From the IMG/VR virus record IMGVR_UViG_3300028797_000106: a DNA stretch of 54,293 nt. One strand, 5' to 3'. This document shows positions 43,810 to 52,526 of this stretch, in pieces. This DNA comes from a virus (taxonomy: Duplodnaviria; Heunggongvirae; Uroviricota; Caudoviricetes). The notes beneath the pieces are model-generated. The model ran no database searches, was not told the DNA's origin, and was given only the letters and a program-made list of their open reading frames with translations. The translations under genes were made by a program, and so were the position numbers. Each line of letters begins with the position of its first letter. Within the stretch, counting starts at the first letter, position 1.

Positions 43810-45693
43810 ATGAAACAATATACAGCAGACAGTATTGACTTTCTTAAGGGTTTGGAAACAATTCGTCGCCGCGCTGACATGTATGTTGGCGCTACCTCTG
43901 GCAAGCCTTCAGATGCTCTGTATCGCCTTTGCCGTGAAGCGATTGACAACTCGCTTGACGAATACCTGGGAGGGTTCAATAAGCAATTATATGTGATTTA
44001 CAACACCAAGACATTTGAAACGATTGTGCTAGACAATGGTCGTGGTATTCCTGTGGGTTATAATGCTAAGGCTCAGCAGGACTCATTGACACTTGTTTTT
44101 ACTCAGCTTCATGCTGGTGGCAAATTTGACCACGAAGCGTATAAGACTTCGTCTGGTAAGAACGGCATCGGCCAGAAGGCAATTTCCGCTTTGTCAAAGA
44201 GACTGCAAGTTTGGTCTAACAATGCGAAGGACAAGAAGTGGCATTCTCAGATTTTTGAGAAAGGCGAAATCAAGTCAGAAGTTCTTGTCAATGATCCGCC
44301 TACCGAATTGAAGAAGTTGGTTCCGAAGACTGGAACGATTTTGAAGTGGACACCTGATGATACGATTTTCAAGGACTCACTTGAATTGAACCTGCCTCGC
44401 TTGAAGCATGAACTTCATGATATTCAGTACCTGTGCCCGTTCTTGCACATTCATCTAGTTATTGACGGTGAAGAAATTGAATTCTTCTCTGAAGACGGTC
44501 TCGGTGAACTTGTTGCGAAGGATCCGCTGAACGATTGCATCTTCACATTCTCCGATGAATTTACCGATGTCGCTTTGAATTTCACAAAGGGCGACTCAAA
44601 CAGCTTCAAGAGCTTCGTGAACATTTGCTACACGAACCTTGGCGGTACTCATCTTGATGGTTTGAAGCGTGCTATCTGTAATGTTGTCAAGGACAACTCA
44701 AAACAGAAGATTTTGAATGATGATATTCTTGAAGGTATCATTGGGGCAATTCATCACCGAATGGCAGAGCCTCAATATCAAGGACAGACAAAGAATGAAT
44801 TGACGAATAGCGAAGTCACTCAAGAAATCATTGACAAGCTGACGCCTGAACTTGAAAAATTCTTCAAGAAGAACAAGCCTTTGCTCAAGCGCATTGTTGA
44901 ATATGCTGAAAAGATGCTTGAACAAAGAAATAAGATGAAGGCATCAAAGGACCTCTTGAAGGGACTTAAAACGCTGAACGCTTCTGCAAACAGAATTTCA
45001 GATAAGTTCTTAGACGCTGACCGCCGTAAGTATAAGAACCCGAAAGACCTTGAAATGTTTATCGTTGAAGGTGACTCCGCAGGTGGTCACTTTAAGCAGG
45101 CTCGTGAAGGTTTCCAAGGTGAGTTGAAAATCAGAGGTAAGATCATCAACGCTGCTAAGGCAAGTCCAGAAGACTTGTTTGGTAAACCTGGCAAGAAGGG
45201 CGAAGCAAAAGAAGGCAACAGAGAAATCAAGGACCTCGTTGCTGCTTTGGGTTGCGGCATCGGTGAGAACTATGATGAAGCAAAGTTGAGATTTAACAAA
45301 GTAATCATTCTATCTGACGCGGATGTTGACGGACAGCACATCGCTAACTTGTGTTTGGCATTCTTTATAAATTACATGCCAGATCTTGTTAAAAACGGAC
45401 ATGTTTACATCATTGATGCTCCGTTGTTCATCGCCACATCTGCAAAGCACAAAGTGTTTGGAATGACCCGTGCTGAAGTTGATGCACAGATGAAGAAACT
45501 CAAGTGTTCTGACTACACCGTCACTCGTCTTAAGGGTTGGGGAGAAACTTCGCCTGAACAGCTAAGCGAACTCTGCTTGAACCCGAAGACAAGAAAACTC
45601 ATCCAGATTAAGTGGACTGATAAAACTGAAGCGATGTGTGAGCAGACGATGGGTGGAGATGTAGCATTCCGTAAGGAACTTCTTGGGATCTAA
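43810..45693 (+). CDS. gyrB: Type IIA topoisomerase subunit B (GyrB/ParE-like; T4 gp39+60 equivalent)
   Basis: EAIDNSLDE, DNGRGIP, LHAGGKF, QTK, EGDSAGG, RGKIIN, DADVDG.HI, RLKGWGE. Confidence 0.95.
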   Translation: MKQYTADSIDFLKGLETIRRRADMYVGATSGKPSDALYRLCREAIDNSLDEYLGGFNKQLYVIYNTKTFETIVLDNGRGIPVGYNAKAQQDSLTLVFTQLHAGGKFDHEAYKTSSGKNGIGQKAISALSKRLQVWSNNAKDKKWHSQIFEKGEIKSEVLVNDPPTELKKLVPKTGTILKWTPDDTIFKDSLELNLPRLKHELHDIQYLCPFLHIHLVIDGEEIEFFSEDGLGELVAKDPLNDCIFTFSDEFTDVALNFTKGDSNSFKSFVNICYTNLGGTHLDGLKRAICNVVKDNSKQKILNDDILEGIIGAIHHRMAEPQYQGQTKNELTNSEVTQEIIDKLTPELEKFFKKNKPLLKRIVEYAEKMLEQRNKMKASKDLLKGLKTLNASANRISDKFLDADRRKYKNPKDLEMFIVEGDSAGGHFKQAREGFQGELKIRGKIINAAKASPEDLFGKPGKKGEAKEGNREIKDLVAALGCGIGENYDEAKLRFNKVIILSDADVDGQHIANLCLAFFINYMPDLVKNGHVYIIDAPLFIATSAKHKVFGMTRAEVDAQMKKLKCSDYTVTRLKGWGETSPEQLSELCLNPKTRKLIQIKWTDKTEAMCEQTMGGDVAFRKELLGI

Positions 45694-45701
45694 GGAGAAA
45701 T

Positions 45702-45890
45702 ATGGAACCACAAACCGTAAGTATTGAATACATGCCGATTACCGAAATGCATCGCATGATTTATCCGGATGTTGCCTACGAGGTAATCTGTCCTGGTGAA
45801 TGGACCGATGAACAAATTGCGGCATGGTATGAAAAAAGACATTCGCATATCAGACACAAAGGAATTAAAGTTCTGAAAATTAACCACTAA
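45702..45890 (+). CDS. Hypothetical protein
   Basis: 62 aa, SD AAGGAG. Confidence 0.65.
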   Translation: MEPQTVSIEYMPITEMHRMIYPDVAYEVICPGEWTDEQIAAWYEKRHSHIRHKGIKVLKINH

Positions 45891-45894
45891 CCTA

Positions 45895-45923
45895 TTTACA
45901 TTCGGGATTGAATTTGTTATTTT
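45895..45923 (+). promoter_or_regulatory. sigma70-like promoter
   Basis: TTTACA-17 bp-TATTTT with TG; context CTATTTACATTC shared with 4221. Confidence 0.65.
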
Positions 45924-45929
45924 TATTAC

Positions 45930-46325
45930 ATGAGAATGGGTAGCTTTATTTCAGAAGTCTTAGTCAAGTATCAAGCTTTCTACGATGAATTCATTTATGA
46001 AAAAGTCAATAGGAAGTTTTTATGGAAAGGCGATACAGCCTTGGCTAGGAAACCCATTTTCTACAGCGGCGACGGATTCCTGTTTGACTATTCCGCTTAC
46101 AAAGACATAAAAGTGACAAAGGAAAACTGCGAGATCATCGCAGGTTCCAATCTCGAGGTTAAAATTTGGGACATCGAGAACATCTCAAAAGAAAAAGCCG
46201 AAGAAATCATGTATGCAAACATGGAGGCTTTGATGAGATGTGAAACAGTCATTGAAAAAGCAAAGAAAATACAAGTCATTGTAAAGGAAAGCAAACATGG
46301 GAATAGCAGACTTCATGGAATATGA
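45930..46325 (+). CDS. Hypothetical protein, probably leaderless
   Basis: 131 aa; ATG 7 nt after the -10, no SD. Confidence 0.65.
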   Translation: MRMGSFISEVLVKYQAFYDEFIYEKVNRKFLWKGDTALARKPIFYSGDGFLFDYSAYKDIKVTKENCEIIAGSNLEVKIWDIENISKEKAEEIMYANMEALMRCETVIEKAKKIQVIVKESKHGNSRLHGI

Positions 46326-47769
46326 AACTGACCCGAACGCAAAGAATGTTGACGCCGATGGGTTGTTAAAGAAAAATATGTATGACTACGGTATGGATGT
46401 TATATCCGACCGTGCATTGTCAGATTTTCGTGATGGGTTGAAACCCGCACAAAGACGCCTCCTTAAAACCGCAGAAGATCTTAAGGCTTACTGGCAAAAC
46501 AAGACAGTAAAGTCTGCAAGAATTACGGGTGATGCGATGGGCAAGTACCATCCGCATAGCTCTGCATACGGATCTTTGGCAACAATGGTGACCTGTGAAT
46601 ATCCGTTGTTCCACGGACAGGGAAACTGGGGTTCATTGACTGATGGACCTGCTGCTGAAAGATATACCGAAGCCAAGATTTCTCAGCTTGGCATGAAGAT
46701 GCTTGAATGCAATGATGTTGCGGAAATGGTGCCGAATTACACAGGTGAATTTATGGAACCTGTTGTTATCCCGACACGCTTCCCTAACTTCTTTGTCAAT
46801 GAATGTTCAGGCATCGCTGTAGGTTTGTCTGTGAACATTCCTTCCCACAACTTGAAGGAAATTGTGGAAGCATTCAAGGTTGTCGTCAAGAAGGGTCAGG
46901 CAACAAAGGTGAAGGACATTATGAAGCACCTTCATGGACCTGACTACAAGTATGGCGGCAAGATCATTTCAACACCGCAGGAAATTGCGGAAGTTTATGA
47001 AAAGGGCGAAGGTAAGATTACATATGAATGTGAATATGACCTAAAGCCAGAAAAGAGAAATCTGCTTTTGACCATCACAGGATATTGCCCAGGATTTAGC
47101 CCGAACTCGTTCATGAAGAAAATGGACAGTCTTATTGACGAAAACATTGTCCTCTATGTGAACGACTCTTCAACAAAGACCGACCCTTGTAAGCTAGAAG
47201 TGCTTATCAAGTCAAAGGAAGATTTTGAGAAGAAAATCAAGAAGCATTTGACAGTATCCGAATCTTACAGATTCTATGCGATTGAAAGAAAGAAATCTGC
47301 TGAGGTTGAAAAGGATGTTGACACATCCGTTCTTATCCCGAACATGGTTGACCTAATGAATATGTGGGTTGACTGGAGAAAAGGGGTGGAAACTCAAATG
47401 TGTAAGGTTGAAAAGGATTTGACCGCTGAAAGAAAGCAGAAAGCTGAATGGCGCTTGCTCGCTTCAAGGAACCTTAAAACCATAGTTAAAGCGCTTGAAA
47501 CGGATAACCCGATAGATTACCTGGCCAACAATTTACCAGGCCTCAAAGGGTCTTCAAATGCGCTTGAGGGTGCCAAATATATCTGCGACCAAAGAGTTAT
47601 TTCACTTCAAAAGGTTGACCAAGAAAAGACGGAAGCGGATATAGCAGAACATCAGAAACATATTGAAGAACTCGATTATGACATCGCTCACATTGATGAA
47701 GTTGTCATTCGAGAACTTGACAAACTGAAGCCGTTCTTCCGTGACAGAAAGTTAAAGGTGGCAGCTTAA
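46297..47769 (+). CDS. gyrA: Type IIA topoisomerase subunit A (GyrA/ParC-like without CTD; T4 gp52 equivalent)
   Basis: DFRDGLKPAQRR, GKYHPH, GQGNWGS, AAERYTEAK (catalytic Tyr), GIAVGLSVNIPSHNL. Confidence 0.93.
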   Translation: MGIADFMEYETDPNAKNVDADGLLKKNMYDYGMDVISDRALSDFRDGLKPAQRRLLKTAEDLKAYWQNKTVKSARITGDAMGKYHPHSSAYGSLATMVTCEYPLFHGQGNWGSLTDGPAAERYTEAKISQLGMKMLECNDVAEMVPNYTGEFMEPVVIPTRFPNFFVNECSGIAVGLSVNIPSHNLKEIVEAFKVVVKKGQATKVKDIMKHLHGPDYKYGGKIISTPQEIAEVYEKGEGKITYECEYDLKPEKRNLLLTITGYCPGFSPNSFMKKMDSLIDENIVLYVNDSSTKTDPCKLEVLIKSKEDFEKKIKKHLTVSESYRFYAIERKKSAEVEKDVDTSVLIPNMVDLMNMWVDWRKGVETQMCKVEKDLTAERKQKAEWRLLASRNLKTIVKALETDNPIDYLANNLPGLKGSSNALEGAKYICDQRVISLQKVDQEKTEADIAEHQKHIEELDYDIAHIDEVVIRELDKLKPFFRDRKLKVAA

Positions 47770-48863
47770 TGAATGAATTGAAGATACCTATTCAGAATGC
47801 TTATGTGTATACATACCATAAGTATTGCTATACCCTTATGGAAGGTATGCACATTCAGATTACGCCGTGGCATAACGAGCGTGGATATACATTTATGTCC
47901 AGCCCGTGTTTTTGCTACAGCACTTGCGCTAAGGACATTAAGAACAACTACTGTGACTTTAAAGATAACCCGATTGACCTACTTTTATCACAAAAGCGTT
48001 TGGCCTTTTTGAATAAAGTAATCGTTGACCGAGATTTTTCAAGCTGTGTAGGATGTCCTAAATTCGCAATGCGTGATGATAGCGGATTTTGGTATGAAGA
48101 CGACTTTAAGTTCCTGTTTGGCGAAAAGACAGGAACGCTGCATTTTGATATGTTCAAAAATCGTCATATCTCAACCGTCTTCCCAAGAGGCCTATTCCTA
48201 AACTTAGGATCATGCTGTAATTTGAAATGCAGAACCTGTCGTAATGATTTTATCACAAAGCACTGGGATTTGACTGATGATGAAATCAACCAGTTTGCTT
48301 ACATAGCAAGACATTGCGATTTGCTAGCTTTGGGTGGCGATGGTGAGTTCTTTATGAACCCGAATTATACTCGCATTCTAAATCAGGATTTGCGGTCAGA
48401 CTCTCAGCTATGCAAGATTATGATCATGACGAATGGCACAATGTTCACTGAAAAGCGCTGGAACCTACTGCCTGATACATCTAAGAGCTTAATTCACGAA
48501 ATCAAGATTACCTTAGATGCAGCAACGCCTGAAACCTATGAAAAGGTTCGTGGTCCAGTCGGCTGGAAAATGCTGATGAAGAACATGCCGTTTATTCTTG
48601 ACCTTAAAAAGCAGTATGGTTTTGAACTTGCTTCAACATATACCATAAGTAAGTATAATGTTCAGGATGTAGAGAAATTCTATGACTTCGCTAGAGGACT
48701 TGGGTTTGACAATGTCATGTTTCAGTTTGCTCGTGATTTGTTCCATCCTGAAACAGGCAAGGGCGAGGACTTCAAACTACCCGACGATAAGCGTAATGAG
48801 ATTATGAACTATCTGCTTAAGCGTAGAGAACAAGAAGGTTTCGCAAGGTTAGTGATTGAATAA
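47769..48863 (+). CDS. Radical SAM enzyme with N-terminal Cys cluster
   Basis: CNLKCRTC (CX3CX2C), GGDGEFF, TNGT, ITLDAA..ETYEKVR; extra CFC..C and CVGCP cysteines. Confidence 0.88.
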   Translation: MNELKIPIQNAYVYTYHKYCYTLMEGMHIQITPWHNERGYTFMSSPCFCYSTCAKDIKNNYCDFKDNPIDLLLSQKRLAFLNKVIVDRDFSSCVGCPKFAMRDDSGFWYEDDFKFLFGEKTGTLHFDMFKNRHISTVFPRGLFLNLGSCCNLKCRTCRNDFITKHWDLTDDEINQFAYIARHCDLLALGGDGEFFMNPNYTRILNQDLRSDSQLCKIMIMTNGTMFTEKRWNLLPDTSKSLIHEIKITLDAATPETYEKVRGPVGWKMLMKNMPFILDLKKQYGFELASTYTISKYNVQDVEKFYDFARGLGFDNVMFQFARDLFHPETGKGEDFKLPDDKRNEIMNYLLKRREQEGFARLVIE

Positions 48864-49834
48864 TGCACGTTTTATTACCCAAGATTGACATACCTTATCA
48901 AGTAAACAAGAATAAGAAGAAATACACATCTGAATTGGTGCTTCTGATTAAGACCAACAATGCCGGTGATTTTGTCACCTGGCTTGATTGGCATTTGAAC
49001 TATGTTAAGGTAGACCACATTGCGATTTATGATAATGAAAGCGAGATTGCCATACCTCGTATGATTAAGCAGTATGGCGACCGCATTTCATATTTCAGAG
49101 TAGAAGGCAAACCGCATCAGGCTGAGATTTACACAAACCATGTAAGGAATGTGTCAGAAGCCCAGTATGTTTTGCCGATTGACGATGACGAATACATCTA
49201 TTCCGAAATTGACTTCAATGGCTACCTGCGAGCTATGGAGCCTGAAAAGCTGGCGCTGCATTCCATCTTGATGGTGCCGCACAAGCCACTTGAAAAGCGT
49301 CATAACAAGCCGGTATTTGAAATATGCGACAGTTTGGTGCAGCAAGACATTCGTGAAAACCGCGAAGTCAAGACAGTCGTGAACACCGACTACAGCCATT
49401 TCTACTTTGATGTCAAGACTTATGTGGACGCTCACCCATCGCCTGTCTACGAAGGCATACCCGATTGGATTGACATCCCATTGACGCCTGATGTAGAACT
49501 ACCGCCTGACCGTGGCACCGATTTTAACTTCTCACTGGCTGGCACTGTGCATAACCCGATTACAATGACCGAGGATGGTCAGCAAATTTGGGCACAGGAT
49601 ATGCACCTGAACCCTGTGTATGGTTTCTTGTCCAGTCACCCAAATGTGCCATCTGAAATTTTCATCGCACATACGAAGGTCCGTTCTCGTGAAGAATGGG
49701 AATGGAAATGTAAGGTCAGAAAAGTGGTCGCTGATATGAACTGCGACTATTATGATTCCCAATATGAACTCTTTGACAATGTTTATACCTATCCACTAGC
49801 CAAATTTACTGGCTTCAAAGATCGTTATAAATAA
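48863..49834 (+). CDS. Glycosyltransferase (GT92/GT2-like, GT-A)
   Basis: WLDWH....VDHIAIYDNES, Q...Y..., YVLPIDDDEYI (DxDE), KTVV, IAH. Confidence 0.8.
   Translation: MHVLLPKIDIPYQVNKNKKKYTSELVLLIKTNNAGDFVTWLDWHLNYVKVDHIAIYDNESEIAIPRMIKQYGDRISYFRVEGKPHQAEIYTNHVRNVSEAQYVLPIDDDEYIYSEIDFNGYLRAMEPEKLALHSILMVPHKPLEKRHNKPVFEICDSLVQQDIRENREVKTVVNTDYSHFYFDVKTYVDAHPSPVYEGIPDWIDIPLTPDVELPPDRGTDFNFSLAGTVHNPITMTEDGQQIWAQDMHLNPVYGFLSSHPNVPSEIFIAHTKVRSREEWEWKCKVRKVVADMNCDYYDSQYELFDNVYTYPLAKFTGFKDRYK
49826..49833 (+). promoter_or_regulatory. T4-type late promoter
   Basis: TATAAATA directly upstream of the gp15-like gene. Confidence 0.75.
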
Positions 49835-49840
49835 AATAAG

Positions 49841-51217
49841 ATGAGTAATTGGAAACAGTCAGATTATGATCCGTCTATAAACGGTTGGCACAAGGGCGTC
49901 ATTGATGGCGCTTCTCGTGGCGGCTATGCTAAGAACTACTTCTTCGCAGATTCGTTCAAAACATACTCGACCGCCTTTGCCAATTTCTTCCGTAGCATTC
50001 ATGTTTACCGTTATGATGAAAACGGTGAACCTGTTAAGGACATTGAAGTTCCTATTAAGTTTGGTCCACGCTCCAAGGCATTTGATTTTCGTGTTGAGCG
50101 TGAAAGCGGTAAGAAGTATTACATCCCGCTGCCAAACATTACATTCCGTTATACCAGCTTTGCATTTGACGCTGAAAGAGCTGCTGGCTTGAATGAAACA
50201 AGAACATTCTATTCAAAGTTCTTCGAGCACAACAACATTTCAATAAGAATGCAGAATAAGTTCTGGAGCGATATTCAGCCACAGCCTTATGACATCGGCA
50301 TTACGCTTGAATTGAAGACTGAATACCTTTCTGACGCTGACCAAATCACTCAACAGGTATTGGCACAGTTCACACCGGACCGCTATTTCAATGTTAAGGA
50401 ATTTTGGTTCACGAACATGCGCCGTTCAATACAAGTTTTATTGAATGACATTTCTCAAGATGTTCAGTCCGAGGCAATGGGCGAAGATCAGAAGCGTGAA
50501 ATCACGACTACCTTCAACTTCACCATTAAGGGCTGGGTCTACAAGCCGATTGAAATTGGCTACATCATTGACCAAATCAATGTTAAGATGTCAACCGCCG
50601 GCAACACCGACCATGTGTGGCAGAACTCAATGAGCGGTAACGTTGAAGGCGATGAAGACGACCAGAACAGCTATTTCTTTGAGCGATATGATTTCGGCAA
50701 GATATACGGCACGAAGATTGGCCGTATGTCAGCAGTTGTGCCTGAAAGCATCATACCGCAATATGATCCTTCCACAAGCGGGTACTATACAAAGATTGAA
50801 TACAAGGAGCTGCCGGATATTGAGAACTATCCGTGGGGCGCCAAGCAGTTGTATGCTACCTATGAACGCTGGGATCCTACAAGTGCCTTTTACAAACAGA
50901 TGACGGTTGATGGGCAACCAAACACAGCAGCATGTAAAGACCTGATGGTCAGAAGCTCGGCAGATGAACAATTCGGTTATAAATTTGAAGTAGAATATGA
51001 TAAAGGTTTCGGCTCAGTCAGTGCCTATGATGAAGCCACACCTAGAGGCGGAACCATTGTAAAAGCTTGGAAAGACCTTTCTGGCTATGGCGACTTTGTT
51101 TCAGATATCGCTGTTGCCACTTGGAAGTTTGATTACAAGACCGTTGATTTGGGCACTAAGGTCGTTAGTGCGGCGCCAATTATTACTTCTGCAGGCATTT
51201 TGCACGAAGATAAATAA
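49841..51217 (+). CDS. gp15: Tail sheath stabiliser/completion protein (T4 gp15-like) with C-terminal extension
   Basis: AFANFF..I.V.R.D....K.I.VPIKFGP, LP.I.F, PQPYDI.I.L..K..Y.SDADQI.QQ.L..F.P. Confidence 0.8.
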   Translation: MSNWKQSDYDPSINGWHKGVIDGASRGGYAKNYFFADSFKTYSTAFANFFRSIHVYRYDENGEPVKDIEVPIKFGPRSKAFDFRVERESGKKYYIPLPNITFRYTSFAFDAERAAGLNETRTFYSKFFEHNNISIRMQNKFWSDIQPQPYDIGITLELKTEYLSDADQITQQVLAQFTPDRYFNVKEFWFTNMRRSIQVLLNDISQDVQSEAMGEDQKREITTTFNFTIKGWVYKPIEIGYIIDQINVKMSTAGNTDHVWQNSMSGNVEGDEDDQNSYFFERYDFGKIYGTKIGRMSAVVPESIIPQYDPSTSGYYTKIEYKELPDIENYPWGAKQLYATYERWDPTSAFYKQMTVDGQPNTAACKDLMVRSSADEQFGYKFEVEYDKGFGSVSAYDEATPRGGTIVKAWKDLSGYGDFVSDIAVATWKFDYKTVDLGTKVVSAAPIITSAGILHEDK

Positions 51218-51245
51218 AATAAAAGATATTCAAAAGGGTTTAGAA

Positions 51246-51764
51246 ATGAAGAAGACAAACACACAAAATAAGATCTGCCGTAACTCTTTGGAAGATATCA
51301 TTGAAAAGTACTTTGATGTCGCCGAAGAAGGCGGTCTTGGATATGATGCCGAAACAATGGCTGAGTATATTTCAGAAAACGTTGGCCTTTCAAAGGACGA
51401 AGTTAAAAAGGAATACGGCCAGATCATTGAAGCGGCTTGTGCTTTTGATGAAAAAGCATACCTCAGGGCTTGCGATAAGAAGTTCTATGCTTCCGAATTG
51501 AAGGAATCATTCAGGGACTTCTGTCAGGCAAAGAGCGAGCGTCAGTTGAATGAAGAATGCGACTTGAAGTTGGAAGACCTTTTCAACGACAAGAGCTTGT
51601 CAACATTCCGTAAGACAACCGCTTACCGCAACGCTGACCAGGAAGGCAAATACCACATGATTTGGAAGTTCCTTGTTGGCTCTTATAACAACAAGATTTG
51701 CAGCGAAGATGAACTAAGCGACCTCTGTATGGAAATTGCCATGCACGACGAAAATCAGTTCTAA
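51246..51764 (+). CDS. Acidic putative internal head/scaffold-type protein
   Basis: TAAATA upstream; LKES and LNEE candidate protease sites. Confidence 0.6.
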   Translation: MKKTNTQNKICRNSLEDIIEKYFDVAEEGGLGYDAETMAEYISENVGLSKDEVKKEYGQIIEAACAFDEKAYLRACDKKFYASELKESFRDFCQAKSERQLNEECDLKLEDLFNDKSLSTFRKTTAYRNADQEGKYHMIWKFLVGSYNNKICSEDELSDLCMEIAMHDENQF

Positions 51765-51789
51765 TAAATAGAATATAAGGAGATTAAAA

Positions 51790-52197
51790 ATGAGTTTTAA
51801 GTCATGGTATCACAATGAATATCTGGTTGAAGATGGTCAGGACCATGTTCAGCAGCAGGGATTGGACCCAGAGGCACAAATTCCTCAGCAGGAAATGCCT
51901 GCTGATAAGGCACCGGCTGCTCCGGCAGGAAACGGTGGTGCATTTGGTCGCTATTTCCAGCAGGGCAACATGAAGTCATCTTTGCAGCAGTTGGGTAAGG
52001 AACTTGGCGACGCCCTTTACAACTTCGCCATCAAGACATACGTCACAAACGATATGTTTGACTCCGAAGACACCAAGCTCAAATATGAAACCGAAGTTCG
52101 TAATAAGATTGCTGAAGACTACAACCTCAAGTTGATTGAAGTTCTTCGTAATGCTGGTATCTTCCTAGCTAACGCTAAGGAAAAGTACACCAAGTAA
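51790..52197 (+). CDS. Putative internal head protein
   Basis: MSFKSWYHNEYLVED leader; TAATAAATA and AAGGAG upstream. Confidence 0.65.
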   Translation: MSFKSWYHNEYLVEDGQDHVQQQGLDPEAQIPQQEMPADKAPAAPAGNGGAFGRYFQQGNMKSSLQQLGKELGDALYNFAIKTYVTNDMFDSEDTKLKYETEVRNKIAEDYNLKLIEVLRNAGIFLANAKEKYTK

Positions 52198-52198
52198 T

Positions 52199-52525
52199 AT
52201 GAAATTAGACGAAGCATTAACAAAGCTAGATAAAGCCGGTGCTCTAGTAGAAAGCAGAACACCGGTTATCTCGCTTGATGAATTTAATCGTCAGGTTCGT
52301 CGCCGCGATGCGGGATGGGTTATCGGCAAATTGAATGATAACCATAATCCTTCCGCTCCTTGGACACTGACCAAGGAAGGTATCGGTCAGATTAGATTCT
52401 CCGTTTGGGTTCATACTGACGGCGACCGTATATCGGTTGATGTTCGCGGTCTCGGCTGTGAACCTGAAGAAGGCGCTTTTAAGGACATTAACAAAATCTA
52501 TAACGACATTTTCGGGGTAAAGTAA
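52199..52525 (+). CDS. Leader-bearing putative internal head protein
   Basis: MKLDEALTKLDKAGALVES leader. Confidence 0.65.
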   Translation: MKLDEALTKLDKAGALVESRTPVISLDEFNRQVRRRDAGWVIGKLNDNHNPSAPWTLTKEGIGQIRFSVWVHTDGDRISVDVRGLGCEPEEGAFKDINKIYNDIFGVK

Positions 52526-52526
52526 A

